DNA from: a bacterium
GTDB lineage: Bacteria; Desulfobacterota; DSWW01
NCBI GenBank assembly: GCA_040756235.1
Contig: JBFLZG010000088.1
Coordinates: 1-18,948 of the forward strand
Direction: 5' to 3'
DNA: 18,948 nucleotides
Shown piece by piece: positions 17,158 through 18,948 of this stretch; positions within the stretch are counted from its first letter, which is position 1; each line of letters begins with the position of its first letter. Below the pieces are notes generated by a model, which worked only from the letters and a program-made list of their open reading frames with translations, ran no database searches and was not told the DNA's origin. The translations under genes and the position numbers were made by a program.

Positions 17158-18087
17158 ATGACTATTGCGAACCGCTATTTCCGTAATTGGGAACACGGCC
17201 TAGCGTTCCTTTCTCGCATGGCTGAATCAAATGGGCATTACCTCTTTCGGGGGCACTCAAAAACTGAATACAGACTTTCAACGAGTTTGGCCCGCTTCAC
17301 CTCGATTCCGCACGAAGATTGGAACTCCGGAATAGACATGCTCCTCGAAAGCTTCAGATCTGGTCTTGCGAAACTCGGCCTTGACCCAATAGACAACAGC
17401 GACAGATTGGATTGGATGGAGTACGCTCGTCACCACGGCGTACCGACCCCATGCATAGATTTCTCATATTCACCCTATGTGGCTCTCTTCTTCGCCTTCA
17501 ACTCTGTGCGAAAACTGCACCCAAAACCTCGTAAGCCTGCCTATTCTGTGGTTTATGCTCTTGATGTTACCCAACTTGGGGCGTTATGGGCGAGATTTGC
17601 TGAAGTGAAAGATTCCAAGACGCATGGGTTCGACGATTTGTTTCGTCGATTTCGATATCCGACGCAGGATCTCTTCCAGCACGGTTTCCCAGCCAACGTT
17701 CTCCAGTTGATCCCTCATCCTGGCCGCTATAATAGCCGAATGCAGAGGCAGTTCGGTGCGCTTCTGTATGACACTCTCAATTATCCACTCTTGGGTTTCA
17801 AAGACCTCGAGGCCTTCATAGACAAGCAGAAGGAGCCCCCTGAGGCGCTGCCTGATGGGACCTCCAAAGATGGCTCACCCACCTTGGTGAAAGTCCACAT
17901 CAACCAACAATGTGTTTCAGGAATATTCACCAAGCTGGAGCTTATGGGGATCACCGGTGGCACTCTATACATGGATCCCAGCGGCGTGGCTCTCGACGTC
18001 ATCAACTCATACAACTACAGCCCAAAGACTGAATACCTCCGCGGTCTCAAGTTCGAGGCTATCGATGAATCGAAGTTGCATGGGTAG
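17158..18087 (+). CDS. FRG domain-containing protein
   Basis: YLFRGH....YRLSTSLAR, HHGVPT..IDFSYSPYVALFFA, NSRMQRQFG and LELMGITGGTLY. Confidence 0.88.
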   Translation: MTIANRYFRNWEHGLAFLSRMAESNGHYLFRGHSKTEYRLSTSLARFTSIPHEDWNSGIDMLLESFRSGLAKLGLDPIDNSDRLDWMEYARHHGVPTPCIDFSYSPYVALFFAFNSVRKLHPKPRKPAYSVVYALDVTQLGALWARFAEVKDSKTHGFDDLFRRFRYPTQDLFQHGFPANVLQLIPHPGRYNSRMQRQFGALLYDTLNYPLLGFKDLEAFIDKQKEPPEALPDGTSKDGSPTLVKVHINQQCVSGIFTKLELMGITGGTLYMDPSGVALDVINSYNYSPKTEYLRGLKFEAIDESKLHG

Positions 18088-18099
18088 GGCGGTCAAATA

Positions 18100-18738
18100 A
18101 TGATCGGCGAGAAACTGTCAAGATACTGCAACATTTGCCGACGGTCTACTCTGCAAGAATCGGTGTTTGGATATACATCACCAATCCAGGTTCGCTTTCC
18201 CGACCGATTTGAAGGAATGGTATTCTTCGGCTATGAAGCCTTCAAGTGTTCTTTTTGTTCGTCAATCTCGATGCGGGTAGTAGCTGCGTGTTCACCTGGA
18301 GTGCAGATTTATGAAACTTGGTATCCACCAGAAATCATACGGCACATCCCATCATGGTGGGGTGATCTTAAAGACAGTGAGATCAAGTCGCTTGCCGAGG
18401 AAGTCTACTCCTCCCTTGATCACGGAAATACGCGGGTTGCAGCTATGGGCATCAGGACGCTAATAGAGCACATCTCGGAAGACAAGACAGGAGAGACAGG
18501 TTCCTTCCGCGCCAAGATCCGCGCTCTTCTCGCCGAAGGCATTCTGAATCCGGCGGGTAGCGAGATTCTTTCCACCGTATTAGAATTTGGTCATGCTGCA
18601 GTTCATAGAAAATATGCGCCATCTGTTCAGGATGTGGCAAGAGCTCTTTCCATAATCGAGAATCTAATCGACCAGATATATGTCATCCCTCCAATAGCGA
18701 CGGAATTGAAGAACAATGTTCCACCACGGCCCAGCTAA
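18100..18738 (+). CDS. Zn-ribbon + DUF4145 (HEPN-like) protein
   Basis: CNIC...CSFC at the N-terminus. EVY..L......AAMGIRTLIE, KIRALLAEGIL, GHAAVHR and IIENLIDQIY fit the DUF4145 pattern. Starts 12 nt after the FRG stop. Confidence 0.8.
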   Translation: MIGEKLSRYCNICRRSTLQESVFGYTSPIQVRFPDRFEGMVFFGYEAFKCSFCSSISMRVVAACSPGVQIYETWYPPEIIRHIPSWWGDLKDSEIKSLAEEVYSSLDHGNTRVAAMGIRTLIEHISEDKTGETGSFRAKIRALLAEGILNPAGSEILSTVLEFGHAAVHRKYAPSVQDVARALSIIENLIDQIYVIPPIATELKNNVPPRPS

Positions 18739-18817
18739 GGACATTTTCTGCAACCCTTACGGGCAGTGGACTCGAATCTGGGTTGCGCCACGAGGGATCA
18801 AGAAGAATAGACAAATC

Positions 18818-18822
18818 GCCCA
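18818..18822 (+). other. First 5 nt of an integron attC R'' box (GCCCA|AC) interrupted by the intron
   Basis: GCCCA directly abuts the intron 3' end. Adding the expected other exon (ACAA on +) gives GCCCAAC = RYYYAAC. The other half lies outside the window. Confidence 0.65.
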
Positions 18823-18948
18823 ATCGGGTAGCCAGGGGACTTTAACCCCCGGCCCCCACACCACCCGGCATGCGGGTCCGCACCGGGCGGTTCACGACGG
18901 TGGAGCACACGAAACCTTTAGGCGTAGCCATGGGCCTTAAGCCAAAGG
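18823..18948 (-). mobile_element. Group IIC (attC-targeting type) intron, 3' end: domains V and VI; continues beyond the window
   Basis: Minus strand DV: ACCGCCCGG-UGCG-GACC-CGCA-UG-CCGGGUGGU, short with a CGC triad. DVI: GGGGGCCGGGGG/CCCCUGGCU-A-CCC with a bulged A at -7. Terminus ...ACCCGAU. Confidence 0.93.
18918..18947 (-). CDS. C-terminal 9 aa of the intron-encoded reverse transcriptase/maturase (partial)
   Basis: LWLKAHGYA* ends about 25 nt before domain V. Position and sequence are as I recall for class C attC-intron IEP ends; only 9 residues are visible. Confidence 0.7.
   Translation of the reverse strand, partial: LWLKAHGYA

Noticed and set aside
1..18948. CRISPR array, tRNA, rRNA, intact transposase or integrase
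   Set aside because: None seen.

Overview
High-GC bacterial DNA, judged from gene content to be from an anaerobic Desulfobacterota/deltaproteobacterium-like organism (inference), in three parts. (1) 221-9185, a co-oriented cluster: CBS protein, DASS/SLC13 permease, sensor-less histidine kinase fused to a degenerate receiver, stand-alone receiver, TauE/SafE permease, small membrane protein, and a PEP-synthase-like dikinase lacking the pyruvate-binding barrel. It is bracketed by an exact 37-bp inverted REP-like repeat. (2) 9683-13406: a flavin/Fe-S OYE-family oxidoreductase converging on a marR-DUF4405-ubiG-like operon. (3) ~13580-18948, a visibly lower-GC accessory stretch with all cargo on +: a decaying RelE-type/HTH toxin-antitoxin pair with a frameshifted toxin, a pentapeptide-repeat/K+-channel fusion, and an FRG + Zn-ribbon/DUF4145 (HEPN-like) pair. 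The stretch ends in the 3' end (domains V-VI and IEP stop) of a minus-strand group IIC intron whose exon junction would rebuild an integron attC R'' box (GCCCA|AC). Part 3 therefore looks like the decayed edge of an integron cassette array carrying candidate defence genes. All family calls come from motif recognition by eye; no searches were run.
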